Shown here piece by piece: positions 27,995-37,127 of a stretch of DNA of 52,818 nucleotides; position 1 is the stretch's first letter, and each line of letters begins with the position of its first letter. The notes beneath the pieces were generated by a model that saw nothing but the letters and a program-made list of their open reading frames with translations, was not told the DNA's origin and made no database searches. A program made the position numbers and the translations under genes. The stretch comes from a virus (taxonomy: Duplodnaviria > Caudoviricetes): positions 1-52,818 of IMG/VR virus record IMGVR_UViG_3300033153_006359. One strand, given 5' to 3'.

Positions 27995-29650
27995 CTATGA
28001 GAACCCATACTTAATCTCCTCTAGCTTCTTCGTCATTTGATTATACTTAAGAGAGCACACTCGACCACTCTTACTACCATCAAGCCTGCTCTTCAGCACC
28101 CTTACCTTCAATGTATCCCTAATCTCCTCATCCTCATTCAGTAGATCCCTTTCTAATCCTAGGATTAAGCTAGAGTATCTGTACTGGCTACGACTACCTG
28201 TCATTTCCGATGCAAGTACTCGTCCTCCCTCCTCATGTGGCTTACCCTTAGCATTGTTAAGGTGATTCACAAGTATAACACATAGCCCTGTCTCTTGCGT
28301 TATCTTTATCATGTCACCCATGATGGTACCGAGTAACTCATTACCCTCACTCGCAGACTTACCTACTACAAGGGAGGATACAGGATCTACGATAGCTACC
28401 TGCATACCTAAGCTACAGTACATACGCATCGAGGTAGCCATAGCTGTCCAGTTACCGTTGTAGTGGCTACTATCGTATATCATACAGCTCTTCTCTAGCG
28501 AAGAAGCTACCTTCTCAGCCTCCACTGCATCATACACAGTTCCAGGTACACCGATAGGTACACCCATCTCATACGCTACAAGATTTCTAAGCACTGTCTC
28601 CGGACTCTCCTCTAGAGAATAGATACCCACCTTGATACCATGTGTATCCATCAGGTGCTTATGTATAGCTCGTACAAAGATAGTCTTACCTGCTGAGGGT
28701 GCAGCTGCTACGGATATGATAGCTCCCTTCGAGATACCATACGTAAGCTCATCAAGTGAGGCCCACGGTGTACTGTAACCCATAGGTATAGGCTCAGCTA
28801 AACTCATCTTTAGCTTAGAGATATCAACGAGAGAGTCTGGCCTGTACATCTCAGCACGATAGTATGCATCAATCAGTACCTCTGGATGTCCATCCATCAG
28901 CACCTCATTAGCATCCTTATACTCACCAAGATCCATGAATAATGCTAAGGGATACAGCGATGCCATCTCCTTCTTCCATGCTATACCTGCATCATCATTG
29001 TCTCCGCATACTACTAACTCCTTATAGGAACTGATGAACTTATCTTGCTCACCTATCACCTTCATGTTAGCACCGAGAGGGAGAGATGTAATCGTGGGGA
29101 CTGCATAGGAGACAGTAGTGAATGCCTCGGCTATACTTAAAGCATCTATCTCACCCTCTGTAATGATAAGCCTCTTACTCTTCTTCGCTAGAGACTGTCC
29201 GAATAACTCAACCTTGTGCCCCTTAGTCTTCCCTGATATCCAGAAGTCCTTCGGTAGAGTCCGTACCTTATCAGCGATAGTCTTACCCTTCACTGTGAGA
29301 GGGGAACGTAGACCTACCAGTGCTCCTCCATCGTACGTTCCTGTAACATTGAACTCAGCATACACCTCTGGTGATATCGACCTGTAAGGCTCCGTAAGAG
29401 GAGTGTGTACGAAGACAGTCTCTCGCTCCTCTACCACCTCTGACTCACCCATCTCTTCTATCAATTCTGCAAAGCTCTTCACTCTATCCTCACCCTCCTC
29501 TATACTTCCATCGGCCCTTACATACAGCCTAGGGTGGTAAGGTTTATCACAGCACCACGTTACACCATCTTGCATTAACCATAGATGGTCTCCAGTTTTA
29601 TCATGACCTAGTGAACGGCATTTCTCACAAGGCTTATTTCTATCTCCCAT
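27995..29650 (-). CDS. primase-helicase (T7 gp4-like)
   Basis: Zn-finger CEKC; TOPRIM ITEGEIDALS, DND.AG, KDANE; helicase AAPSAGKT, SLEE, IVDP, VNHL, GS...LGLERD, RVLKSR. Confidence 0.93.
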   Translation of the reverse strand: MGDRNKPCEKCRSLGHDKTGDHLWLMQDGVTWCCDKPYHPRLYVRADGSIEEGEDRVKSFAELIEEMGESEVVEERETVFVHTPLTEPYRSISPEVYAEFNVTGTYDGGALVGLRSPLTVKGKTIADKVRTLPKDFWISGKTKGHKVELFGQSLAKKSKRLIITEGEIDALSIAEAFTTVSYAVPTITSLPLGANMKVIGEQDKFISSYKELVVCGDNDDAGIAWKKEMASLYPLALFMDLGEYKDANEVLMDGHPEVLIDAYYRAEMYRPDSLVDISKLKMSLAEPIPMGYSTPWASLDELTYGISKGAIISVAAAPSAGKTIFVRAIHKHLMDTHGIKVGIYSLEESPETVLRNLVAYEMGVPIGVPGTVYDAVEAEKVASSLEKSCMIYDSSHYNGNWTAMATSMRMYCSLGMQVAIVDPVSSLVVGKSASEGNELLGTIMGDMIKITQETGLCVILVNHLNNAKGKPHEEGGRVLASEMTGSRSQYRYSSLILGLERDLLNEDEEIRDTLKVRVLKSRLDGSKSGRVCSLKYNQMTKKLEEIKYGFS

Positions 29651-30194
29651 GTTTCATCAAGTAGGTTGCTGCTCTCATACTCACCTCCGAACTATCCTTT
29701 AGTAACCCTATACCTGTGTTACAATTAGGGCACAGTAAACCCCTCACCTCACCTGTCTCGTGATCATGATCTATGTGAGGTACCTTTAGAGAGTCTTTGC
29801 AGATTGCACAGCAACCACGTTGTTGAGTTTGAAGTTCAATGTAATCATCTACAGTAATACCATAAGATCTTATGGTAGATACTCTACTAGTGAGAGTTGC
29901 TAATCCGTTCTCCCTCCTTTGTAATCTATAAGCTGAAAGATGTATACCTTTGCACTTCTCCGAACATAACTTAGTGATAGGTGCACCTAATTGCGGGACA
30001 TCCACACCACAAACTAGACATTTTACTATACTAAAATCCTTACCCGTTCTCCTCTTTTTCAAATACTTTTGCATTAAGGTACACTGCTTACATGCTGGTC
30101 TGTATTTATGTACCTCTGACTTGTGATTCTTAAAGAAATGATCTACGTCAGCAGGTAGCACATCCTTACACTTACTACACTTCTTAGTCTCCAT
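29640..30194 (-). CDS. Endonuclease VII-type HNH homing endonuclease
   Basis: QRGCCAIC...HIDHDHETGEVRGLLCPNCNTGIG; N-terminal Cys clusters. Confidence 0.88.
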   Translation of the reverse strand: METKKCSKCKDVLPADVDHFFKNHKSEVHKYRPACKQCTLMQKYLKKRRTGKDFSIVKCLVCGVDVPQLGAPITKLCSEKCKGIHLSAYRLQRRENGLATLTSRVSTIRSYGITVDDYIELQTQQRGCCAICKDSLKVPHIDHDHETGEVRGLLCPNCNTGIGLLKDSSEVSMRAATYLMKHGR

Positions 30195-30224
30195 GTTATC
30201 TCCATGTTAATTAATCTTAAGTAT

Positions 30225-30252
30225 ACTATAAGCACTAAGATTAATATGTCAA
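30225..30252 (-). promoter_or_regulatory. sigma70-type promoter for the replication genes
   Basis: TTGACA-N16-TATAGT in an AT-rich intergenic gap; overlapped by ATTAATCTTA/TAAGATTAAT inverted repeat. Confidence 0.6.
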
Positions 30253-30271
30253 GTCCTCATCACCTACTATC

Positions 30272-30457
30272 TTACTCATATGTATCCGACTCCCTTAGCT
30301 TATCAACGACTTGCTTAGCTACCTCCTCCCAATCCAGACACTTACCTGTATCATCAGTTAGATCAGATTCAGCACCATCGAAGGAGCAGATATAAAGACC
30401 TGCCCACTCTCCACCACTACAGTACTTACAATTACTACAGCTATCCTTCATCCTCAT
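30272..30457 (-). CDS. small Cys-rich protein
   Basis: CSNCKYC...C...C.DWE; GGAGG SD. Confidence 0.6.
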   Translation of the reverse strand: MRMKDSCSNCKYCSGGEWAGLYICSFDGAESDLTDDTGKCLDWEEVAKQVVDKLRESDTYE

Positions 30458-30933
30458 CCTCCGTACAGTGTAACAGTGATCTCTGCTTCCTTCAACTCAC
30501 CCCAAGGTGCGATACGAATCTTCTCTAGCGAATCAATCATACCCTGTAAGTCCTCGGCCTGTACCTCATAGAACAAGTTACCATTAGGATAGTTATCTGC
30601 CCCATCAGGGAAGTGTAGGGAGAGTGACATAGCCTTACGCCACAGTGTAGGGTGGACTATAATGCACATGATATTGAGGCCACGTTGGTGCAGTACTGCG
30701 TATGGTTGCTTACTACTTACAGGAATTTCAGTAACATCAAGTTGGCTATTATGTCTCAGCTTAATTGTGTACTGGTCTCGTCCTACCTTACCTCTATACA
30801 TAAGTGCGTACCCCTCTGATTTATAGACCCCAAACATACTTGTGAAGCGTAAGTTACCCCCGCTTGTTACGAGTGAAACGACTAGTATATCCTTTGTATC
30901 CTTACATACCACCCTATCTCCTGCTTTAAACAT
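30454..30933 (-). CDS. hypothetical protein (MFKAGDRV KOW-like start)
   Basis: ATG 30933 after GGAGG. Confidence 0.6.
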   Translation of the reverse strand: MFKAGDRVVCKDTKDILVVSLVTSGGNLRFTSMFGVYKSEGYALMYRGKVGRDQYTIKLRHNSQLDVTEIPVSSKQPYAVLHQRGLNIMCIIVHPTLWRKAMSLSLHFPDGADNYPNGNLFYEVQAEDLQGMIDSLEKIRIAPWGELKEAEITVTLYGG

Positions 30934-31045
30934 CCTTAGCCTCCAGCATACGGCATCTTGCACATACATGCTTGCCATTATCTACAGTTGAGTAGAATGT
31001 AGCTATCATATAGCACCCACACACCTCACACTCTACATCATACAC
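30926..31045 (-). CDS. 39-aa zinc-finger mini-protein (not in the ORF track)
   Basis: Own translation (M)YDVECEVCGCYM...HVCARCRMLEAKDV*; two CxxC; overlaps both neighbours. Confidence 0.45.
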   Translation of the reverse strand: MYDVECEVCGCYMIATFYSTVDNGKHVCARCRMLEAKDV

Positions 31046-31256
31046 CACTTTCTTCCGGAGAAATCCCTTTAATATATTCTTTATCCTCTGCAATAGCATT
31101 GCATCCTCCTAAGCATACCATCGTACTCTGCAGAACCTCGCTAGAGAGTACCATCTTATTGTACTGGCTGTATCTACCAACATTTATACTTCTCTTGATT
31201 AAGTGTAAGTTCTTTGTGGCCCCACAATCATAACACTTCTGTGTATATTCTCTCAT
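31038..31256 (-). CDS. small Cys-containing protein
   Basis: CYDCG...CLGGC; ATGA-coupled. Confidence 0.5.
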   Translation of the reverse strand: MREYTQKCYDCGATKNLHLIKRSINVGRYSQYNKMVLSSEVLQSTMVCLGGCNAIAEDKEYIKGISPEESGV

Positions 31257-31345
31257 TCCTCATTATCTCCATTGCTACCAAAGAGGTAGCTTAAGTACCA
31301 TGCTATAGCTATAGCTAAGGTACACTCCAGTAATGTAGCTATCAT
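31253..31345 (-). CDS. 30-aa membrane peptide (not in the ORF track)
   Basis: Own translation MIATLLECTLAIAIAWYLSYLFGSNGDNEE*; ATGA overlaps at both ends. Confidence 0.4.
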   Translation of the reverse strand: MIATLLECTLAIAIAWYLSYLFGSNGDNEE

Positions 31346-32364
31346 AAGATGACTCTACCATCCTCCTTAGTCTCCCGTGTAACCTTACCTACTGCGAACT
31401 TAGGTACCAGCTTAGCTGTCCTACCTTGGTACTGCACTGTTAGGTACCTGTTTAAGTAGTCCACTTGTATCAGTCTCAACTCATCGGGCCACTCAGGTAC
31501 AACCTTGAAGTATAACTTGAACTCTTCATCATATACCTCGAAGTATACGAGGTTATCCTTATCATGTAGTACCTCTGTAATCTGGAACTCATCCTCACTT
31601 AATGGCTTCCTCTTTATAACACCTCGGCTCCTCTTACACTCATACATACCCTTCGGATCTCTGTATACTGTACCCTCGAAGTCATTTGCTATGTGTTCTC
31701 TGTATATCTTATCAGCATCAGCCTGATTGTAGCACACTGTATATGGTACAGGTATGACCTTGCCAGTCACATTGAGGATCTCCCTATGTACCTTACGAAT
31801 CCTTTCAGCGAATGGTACCTCTCTCTCACATACATCGAAGACAAAGTACTTCAGCATGCTCTTGTCTCTGTTACCCATCACAAGAGATTGAATCTTCTCT
31901 AGCGAAAATCCTGGGACATACAACTCACCATCCCAGTCACTAGCTAGGTGTATGTGATCGAGTCCTGTGATCTTCTTACCCCCTCTTGTAAGAGGTACGT
32001 GAGCCTGATACCTACACCTGATACCATCTATCTTAGGCATAGCTATACAAGGGAAGCTAAGGCATCCATCTGTGTACTTGTGCAGTAGCATGCAGCTATC
32101 AATCTGTTCCATTGCATCTACTGCTTCCTCTCTTGTACGATAGTACCCCTTCTTCGTAAGGTATGTATTCACTGCTGTCAGTAGAGCTGTCTCTGTTCTC
32201 TCTTCAGCAGAGAAGCGAGAGTTACCCTTATATACCTTATTATACTCTTGCACCTTACCATTATCTGTCCTTCTCTTCTCTAAGCCCCATGAATCTAACT
32301 CGTGATCGTAGGATGTAGATAACCTAAGTTCTACATGCTCTCCCTTATACAGTTGTACTTGCAT
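31342..32364 (-). CDS. lig: ATP-dependent DNA ligase
   Basis: PKIDGIRC, DGELY, YFVFD, FEG...R..Y...RS...K.K, LTVQYQG.T...VPKF. Confidence 0.9.
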   Translation of the reverse strand: MQVQLYKGEHVELRLSTSYDHELDSWGLEKRRTDNGKVQEYNKVYKGNSRFSAEERTETALLTAVNTYLTKKGYYRTREEAVDAMEQIDSCMLLHKYTDGCLSFPCIAMPKIDGIRCRYQAHVPLTRGGKKITGLDHIHLASDWDGELYVPGFSLEKIQSLVMGNRDKSMLKYFVFDVCEREVPFAERIRKVHREILNVTGKVIPVPYTVCYNQADADKIYREHIANDFEGTVYRDPKGMYECKRSRGVIKRKPLSEDEFQITEVLHDKDNLVYFEVYDEEFKLYFKVVPEWPDELRLIQVDYLNRYLTVQYQGRTAKLVPKFAVGKVTRETKEDGRVIL

Positions 32365-33455
32365 CAGACACTCCTCAGAAAATTGATAGCTGCTCCTCTC
32401 TCTGCATCGTCTGCCAGCTTATTAATGTATGCTAACTCAACAGCCTTCTCCACCTTAAGCCCCCTCTCCATGAGGCCAAGGATACTTGTAAGTCCTCGAA
32501 CACTCAATGTCAAGGCGATCTCTTCCTTAGAGTACGCCTTCCGGATTAGATTCGCTAGAGAGACAAGCTGTTTGATACTTGAGCCACCCTCTGGGAATCT
32601 CTTCGTAAGCATCTTGACCTCCTGAGTAGGGCTTAGGTACTCTACGTTCTTAGTGAGACCGATACGATCAAGGAAGCTTGTATCTTGCAGCTGAGTAGAG
32701 GAGAACTGTCCAATGTTATCACCGACACCAGCTGTATTATCACTGCAACATATGAAGCAGTCTTCGCTAGAGAAAGTCTTCTCCGCTGGTGTTCCAGGCA
32801 TATCATCAATCACTAAGCTACCATTCTTCTCGAAGAGAGACTGTAAGGTCATCATAATCCCAGGAGGTATCTTAAAGATCTCATCCACACAGAGGACATA
32901 CTTACCGAGCAGTGCTCGTGGTACAAGGCCCAGCTCGAAGCCCATCTCACCATCAGTCACCCAAGGTGTACCCCAGAAGGATGAAGGTTCGATACCATCC
33001 TTACCATTGATACGGATGAAGGGCTTCTTAATGTGTGCTGAGAACTGTTGGATAGCTGTAGTCTTACCTGTTCCTGGCATACCCTTCAGCAGTATCCGTT
33101 CCTCTCCTTGGTATGCAAGTACGAGAGCTTCCAGTACCTCTACATCCCAGTAGTACTCATCGTCTACCTTAGGTACATTAAAGAGATCTTCGCTAGCGAA
33201 TGTCTCCGGTACACATACATCGATTACGTAATCAGTACCAGACTCCGGCAGTCGTCCATCTGTGATAGAGCTGAGGAGTATCTGGTTCTCCTCAAGTACG
33301 ATAGGTTCCTTCACTACCTCTGGTTCCGCTGGCTCAGCAGGTACCCCACTACTTACTGCCTCGAATGAGGATGATACACTATTTATCAGTGCATCTAGGT
33401 TGTCCTGCTCGCTATCGTCTTGACTCATTAACTCTCTAAATGATGTTGGGGCCAT
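32364..33455 (-). CDS. CobS/MoxR-like AAA+ ATPase
   Basis: GMPGTGKTT, RING, LCVDE, NT.G.GD..G.F..T..QD..FLDR, SVR. Confidence 0.88.
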   Translation of the reverse strand: MAPTSFRELMSQDDSEQDNLDALINSVSSSFEAVSSGVPAEPAEPEVVKEPIVLEENQILLSSITDGRLPESGTDYVIDVCVPETFASEDLFNVPKVDDEYYWDVEVLEALVLAYQGEERILLKGMPGTGKTTAIQQFSAHIKKPFIRINGKDGIEPSSFWGTPWVTDGEMGFELGLVPRALLGKYVLCVDEIFKIPPGIMMTLQSLFEKNGSLVIDDMPGTPAEKTFSSEDCFICCSDNTAGVGDNIGQFSSTQLQDTSFLDRIGLTKNVEYLSPTQEVKMLTKRFPEGGSSIKQLVSLANLIRKAYSKEEIALTLSVRGLTSILGLMERGLKVEKAVELAYINKLADDAERGAAINFLRSV

Positions 33456-33466
33456 GTTGGTACTCC

Positions 33467-35302
33467 TTATCGTATAATTTGTTGTCTAATTACTTTCAGC
33501 AAGGCCTCTTCTAAGTCTTCAACCCCCTTCAGTACATAATTATTTGTATAGTACTCCTCTACTGCATCAGTCTGGATACCTATTCCACACAGGTTGACTA
33601 AGCCCTTATCCTCTATATCCTTAGTGATATCCTTCAGGAACTGCGAGGTATACCCTATACCAGTACCTGTTGGCTCTCCATCAGAGAGGACTATCAGACT
33701 CTTACTCCTCTCCTTCCTCTTCAGTAACCTCTCCATTGCAAAGAGTACAGCTGTACCATCCTCATTACCTCGTAAGTCTACGAGTCTGTGGGAGAATCTC
33801 CGGTACATCTCATCTCTACCTACTGTGATATCAGAGAAGTGCTTGAATATGAAGTACTCATTCCTATCACTGAAGTTATCTGTGAATCCGAGGATCTCAA
33901 CAGGTATCTGTATACTCGTTAGCACCTCACTGATAGCTATGCAGGAAGCTACAGCTACGTCGAACATATACCCCATCATACTTCCGGAACAATCAAGGAG
34001 CAATGTGATAGCTGTATCCTGCTCGATACGGGAGCTATCTCTCTTCTTAAAGATCTTTGGGTGCTTCTGAGTATATATTTTAGTAATACTCTTGGCATGT
34101 AACTTACCCTTACTATGTCCATAGGAGAATCCTGTCTGAGATAGAGTCATAAGATACTTCTTAATCTTCTTACTTAGGTTCATACTCTCAAGGTACCTAC
34201 GACTACTTCTTTGATTAAGATCGCCTCCACTTCTGTATGTTCGTGCCTCTATCCTCATATCGTAGACCTTAGCTGCTCTCGTAGAGGGTATGTAAGGTGT
34301 GTTGTCCTGCTCTCCTAATCTTGCGAATGCATCCCGTACCTTACGACCACCTCCACTATCCTTCGGAGACATGAGGCCATTCTTCTCTAGCGAGTCCTTA
34401 ATCTCATCGTAGTCTACATCAGGCTCCTGACTTTCTCCTGAATCATCTGCTTTATCTTCGCCTGAGTTGTCAGCGTCATCCCTTTCTTGCTCAGTATCCG
34501 GAGGCATTTGATCTCTGTCCTCACCCTCTCCCTCCTCTCCCTCTTCGTCCTCTCCAGAAGATCCTTCCATCTCTTCGCCATCTACATTATCTCCTTGATC
34601 AGATTGCGAACCATCATCCTTGTCTGGAGCATTTCTATCGTCATCTCCGTCTTCCTTATCTCCTGAAGATCCATCATCCTCTTGAGTCTCCTCAGAGTTC
34701 TCTTGTTCGCCTCCCTCTCCATCTCCTTCTCCCTCTCCATCTTGTTCCTCCTGTATCATCTTAAGTAGCTCTTGGACATCCTTATCATCCTTAGCTATAT
34801 TCAGCTTATCGATGAAGCCCTTCCGTACTAATTCGCTAGAGAGGATGCTTCCCTCTCGATGATTGTACTCTGACCACTCATTCCTCCCCTCATTCAGTGT
34901 CGTAATAAGACCATCAATCGTATCATCACCAGTCAGACCTAAGGAGGATAGGGCTTCCTCATACCCATTAGCAAGTATCTTATCTCTACCTAAGAGGCGA
35001 CCTCTACGAGTATATGCACCTCTGTAATCTTGCATTAGGCCCAGCAGAATCTCCTCTTGACCTTCCTTACCTTCGCTAGAGAAGATTTGATTCTCCTCAT
35101 AAGCAGTCCCGATCAACTTATGTACATCCTGCTCAGCAGAGGCGAGACCATGAGGTGTGGGCATAGGTATCGTCAGCACCCTACCATTCTTATAGGGCTT
35201 ACTGCACTTCTGGTCTACCTTCAGAGTCAGCCCCTCATCTTCCGCAAGTGTCCGGATAAGCTTCGTACTACCCTCTAGATTATATTGTAAGTGCCCCTTC
35301 AT
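33467..35302 (-). CDS. CobT-like VWA-domain protein with a long acidic linker
   Basis: D/E/G-rich linker; GKL; LLLDCSGSM (MIDAS), EILGF, VLSDGEP, GIGI. Confidence 0.85.
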   Translation of the reverse strand: MKGHLQYNLEGSTKLIRTLAEDEGLTLKVDQKCSKPYKNGRVLTIPMPTPHGLASAEQDVHKLIGTAYEENQIFSSEGKEGQEEILLGLMQDYRGAYTRRGRLLGRDKILANGYEEALSSLGLTGDDTIDGLITTLNEGRNEWSEYNHREGSILSSELVRKGFIDKLNIAKDDKDVQELLKMIQEEQDGEGEGDGEGGEQENSEETQEDDGSSGDKEDGDDDRNAPDKDDGSQSDQGDNVDGEEMEGSSGEDEEGEEGEGEDRDQMPPDTEQERDDADNSGEDKADDSGESQEPDVDYDEIKDSLEKNGLMSPKDSGGGRKVRDAFARLGEQDNTPYIPSTRAAKVYDMRIEARTYRSGGDLNQRSSRRYLESMNLSKKIKKYLMTLSQTGFSYGHSKGKLHAKSITKIYTQKHPKIFKKRDSSRIEQDTAITLLLDCSGSMMGYMFDVAVASCIAISEVLTSIQIPVEILGFTDNFSDRNEYFIFKHFSDITVGRDEMYRRFSHRLVDLRGNEDGTAVLFAMERLLKRKERSKSLIVLSDGEPTGTGIGYTSQFLKDITKDIEDKGLVNLCGIGIQTDAVEEYYTNNYVLKGVEDLEEALLKVIRQQIIR

Positions 35303-35558
35303 CTATAATGCCCTCCTTAAGCCGTCTAATCCTTCGCTCACGAGCCGGTAATCCTCTCTTGATACCAGTAGCTATCTTCTCCATATGGAGACGTACAGGA
35401 GCTCCTAAGGGCTTTAAGGCATAAGAGCGTCTCAGTCCCTTAAGGGAGAGCTCTGCTGAGTACTGTGCATGCACCTCATTCTTCAGCTTAGCTTCTATCA
35501 ATACTACATCGGACTGCTTCTGGAATGGTGCAAGTGATTTGTGTGTTCTACTGTTCAT
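35280..35558 (-). CDS. small basic early protein
   Basis: AGGAG SD; overlaps neighbours. Confidence 0.55.
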   Translation of the reverse strand: MNSRTHKSLAPFQKQSDVVLIEAKLKNEVHAQYSAELSLKGLRRSYALKPLGAPVRLHMEKIATGIKRGLPARERRIRRLKEGIIDEGALTI

Positions 35559-35718
35559 TGTGCTCTCCTAAGTACTGTTCTTGTAAGCTATCTACCTCAT
35601 TCGACTCACATTGGAGTAAGTTCGCTAGCGAAGTTTCGTAGGCTATCTTCTGTAAGTCCTTCAGTGTCATATGGTCTACCATAGATTCTGCTACTCTCTC
35701 TAGCTCCTCTCTACTCAT
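35548..35718 (-). CDS. 56-aa acidic early protein (not in the ORF track)
   Basis: Own translation MSREELERVAESMVDHMTLKDLQ...GEHNEQ*; GAGGT SD, ATGA coupling. Confidence 0.6.
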   Translation of the reverse strand: MSREELERVAESMVDHMTLKDLQKIAYETSLANLLQCESNEVDSLQEQYLGEHNEQ

Positions 35719-35882
35719 AGCTGTACACCTCTATTCTTATGTGGATGGAAGTACTTCCGGACGCCCTCATCCCTCTCTAGCGAGGAAGAGTAGCCGAATG
35801 CTGCTATACTACGTGCATCTCTTCTTTCCTTAGCTTCCTTCCGCTTATCCTTAGTGATTCGTAGTATACTGGTTGTCCTCAT
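35715..35882 (-). CDS. 55-aa basic early protein (not in the ORF track)
   Basis: Own translation MRTTSILRITKDKRKE...GVQL*; GGAGG SD. Confidence 0.55.
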   Translation of the reverse strand: MRTTSILRITKDKRKEAKERRDARSIAAFGYSSSLERDEGVRKYFHPHKNRGVQL

Positions 35883-35883
35883 A

Positions 35884-36027
35884 TCATCCTCCGCTGAAGT
35901 ATTCTGTATAGAACCATGCAGTAGTGCCGAGAGCTATAAGAAACTCCGCAGGTATGTCATCTAATCCTACCTTGCTAGCACCAGAGAAAGCCCCAAGAAA
36001 TACCAATAATAGTACCATGTACATCAT
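35884..36027 (-). CDS. 47-aa membrane peptide (not in the ORF track)
   Basis: Own translation MMYMVLLLVFLGAFSG...FLIALGTTAWFYTEYFSGG*; GGAGGT SD. Confidence 0.55.
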   Translation of the reverse strand: MMYMVLLLVFLGAFSGASKVGLDDIPAEFLIALGTTAWFYTEYFSGG

Positions 36028-36173
36028 TCCGCAATACCTCCATCCTTAGTGTAGTATGTATCTATATTATCTCCGAAAGTCTCGCTAGCGAAGCGAGGGG
36101 AGTCTGCGAATGGTACTTCGAGGTAATCCTCTTCCATCCACTGCAAGCTACCATTATCATCCTCATATACCAT
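36024..36173 (-). CDS. 49-aa highly acidic early protein (not in the ORF track)
   Basis: Own translation MVYEDDNGSLQWMEEDYLEVPFADSPRFASETFGDNIDTYYTKDGGIAE*; AAGGAG SD. Confidence 0.55.
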   Translation of the reverse strand: MVYEDDNGSLQWMEEDYLEVPFADSPRFASETFGDNIDTYYTKDGGIAE

Positions 36174-36468
36174 TTGTAATCTCCTTTATATCTATCCTAT
36201 TTAGTACAGCTGTATCCCCGAAGTGGATGCATACTTCGATCAGTTCTTCCATAGTAACGTGTCCAAAGACACGAGTCATACTGTAGTTATCTGTAGGATC
36301 ACAATCCGCTTTCCTCTCTAGCGAAGAGATCTCAGTACACTCTGCAAACCACTCACCATCCTTGAAGATAGCAAGCTCTACAGTCTCACCTTGTGTGCAG
36401 TAGTTATACTTACCATTCTGAATGGACAACTCGTACCCATTCCCGATATCTATTCTATCTCTTGCCAT
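36163..36468 (-). CDS. conserved early phage protein
   Basis: NGYELSIQ.G..NYC....VELAI...VFGHVT.EE pattern; TAAGGAGGT SD. Confidence 0.7.
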   Translation of the reverse strand: MARDRIDIGNGYELSIQNGKYNYCTQGETVELAIFKDGEWFAECTEISSLERKADCDPTDNYSMTRVFGHVTMEELIEVCIHFGDTAVLNRIDIKEITNGI

Positions 36469-36483
36469 GATACCTCCTTATGT

Positions 36484-36537
36484 ATTATTAGTAAGCACTA
36501 GAGTACCCTTGCGGATACTCTAAGACATATTAATAAT
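36484..36537 (-). promoter_or_regulatory. intergenic hairpin with GCAA tetraloop, RNase III-site-like
   Basis: UAGAGUAUCC-GCAA-GGGUACUCUA plus outer AUUAUUA/UAAUAAU stem. Confidence 0.5.
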
Positions 36538-36539
36538 GA

Positions 36540-37127
36540 CTACTTGCCAAGAGAGCTAAAGATACCTCGAACTGTATCCTGCTGAGTAGCATCCAGCATA
36601 ACTGTCAAGTTCGTAGCAAGGTCGTACATAGCTGAGATAGCATCCATTGCATCCTTTCCTTCGACTCCTGCTTGCTCTGCATTAGCTATAGCTATCTTGA
36701 ACTTCTCTAGCGAACTTTTCTCTCCCTTACACTCTGCGAGGATAGCATTACGAGGTGCACAGGTATCATCTCCGGGGAGCCATGCTTCCACTTGTCCAGC
36801 AAGTACTATCTTAGCTACATCTCCAAAGTACTTACATATAGCTTGTGTACGATCATCAGAGCTCCATGTGACCTTTGTCTCTCCAAGGGACTCAAGGAGG
36901 GCCGGATGCATCTTATCCTTTATTGCTTTCATAACTTCTTTCTTAGTCTCCATTCCAGAGAGCTGAGAGAAGTCTATATTATCTTCCATGTATCCGGACA
37001 TATTACTCCAGAGCGATCCCTCATGCTTATTAGTAGCTCTCTGGCTCCGACTTGTCTTACCTGCTTGTACTGTCATATCGGCTATACTTCTACTTGTAAT
37101 CTTCTCGTATTTAATTGTATCACTCAT
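36540..37127 (-). CDS. first early gene, hypothetical protein
   Basis: 195-aa ORF, AGGAGG SD, first ORF of the minus arm. Confidence 0.75.
   Translation of the reverse strand: MSDTIKYEKITSRSIADMTVQAGKTSRSQRATNKHEGSLWSNMSGYMEDNIDFSQLSGMETKKEVMKAIKDKMHPALLESLGETKVTWSSDDRTQAICKYFGDVAKIVLAGQVEAWLPGDDTCAPRNAILAECKGEKSSLEKFKIAIANAEQAGVEGKDAMDAISAMYDLATNLTVMLDATQQDTVRGIFSSLGK

Noticed and set aside
34380-34760. Purine/pyrimidine-skewed low-complexity tract
   Set aside because: Explained by the Asp/Glu/Gly linker of the VWA protein
32364-35302. Cobalamin biosynthesis auxiliary genes cobS/cobT
   Set aside because: No cobN or other cob genes; more consistent with a generic MoxR-VWA pair
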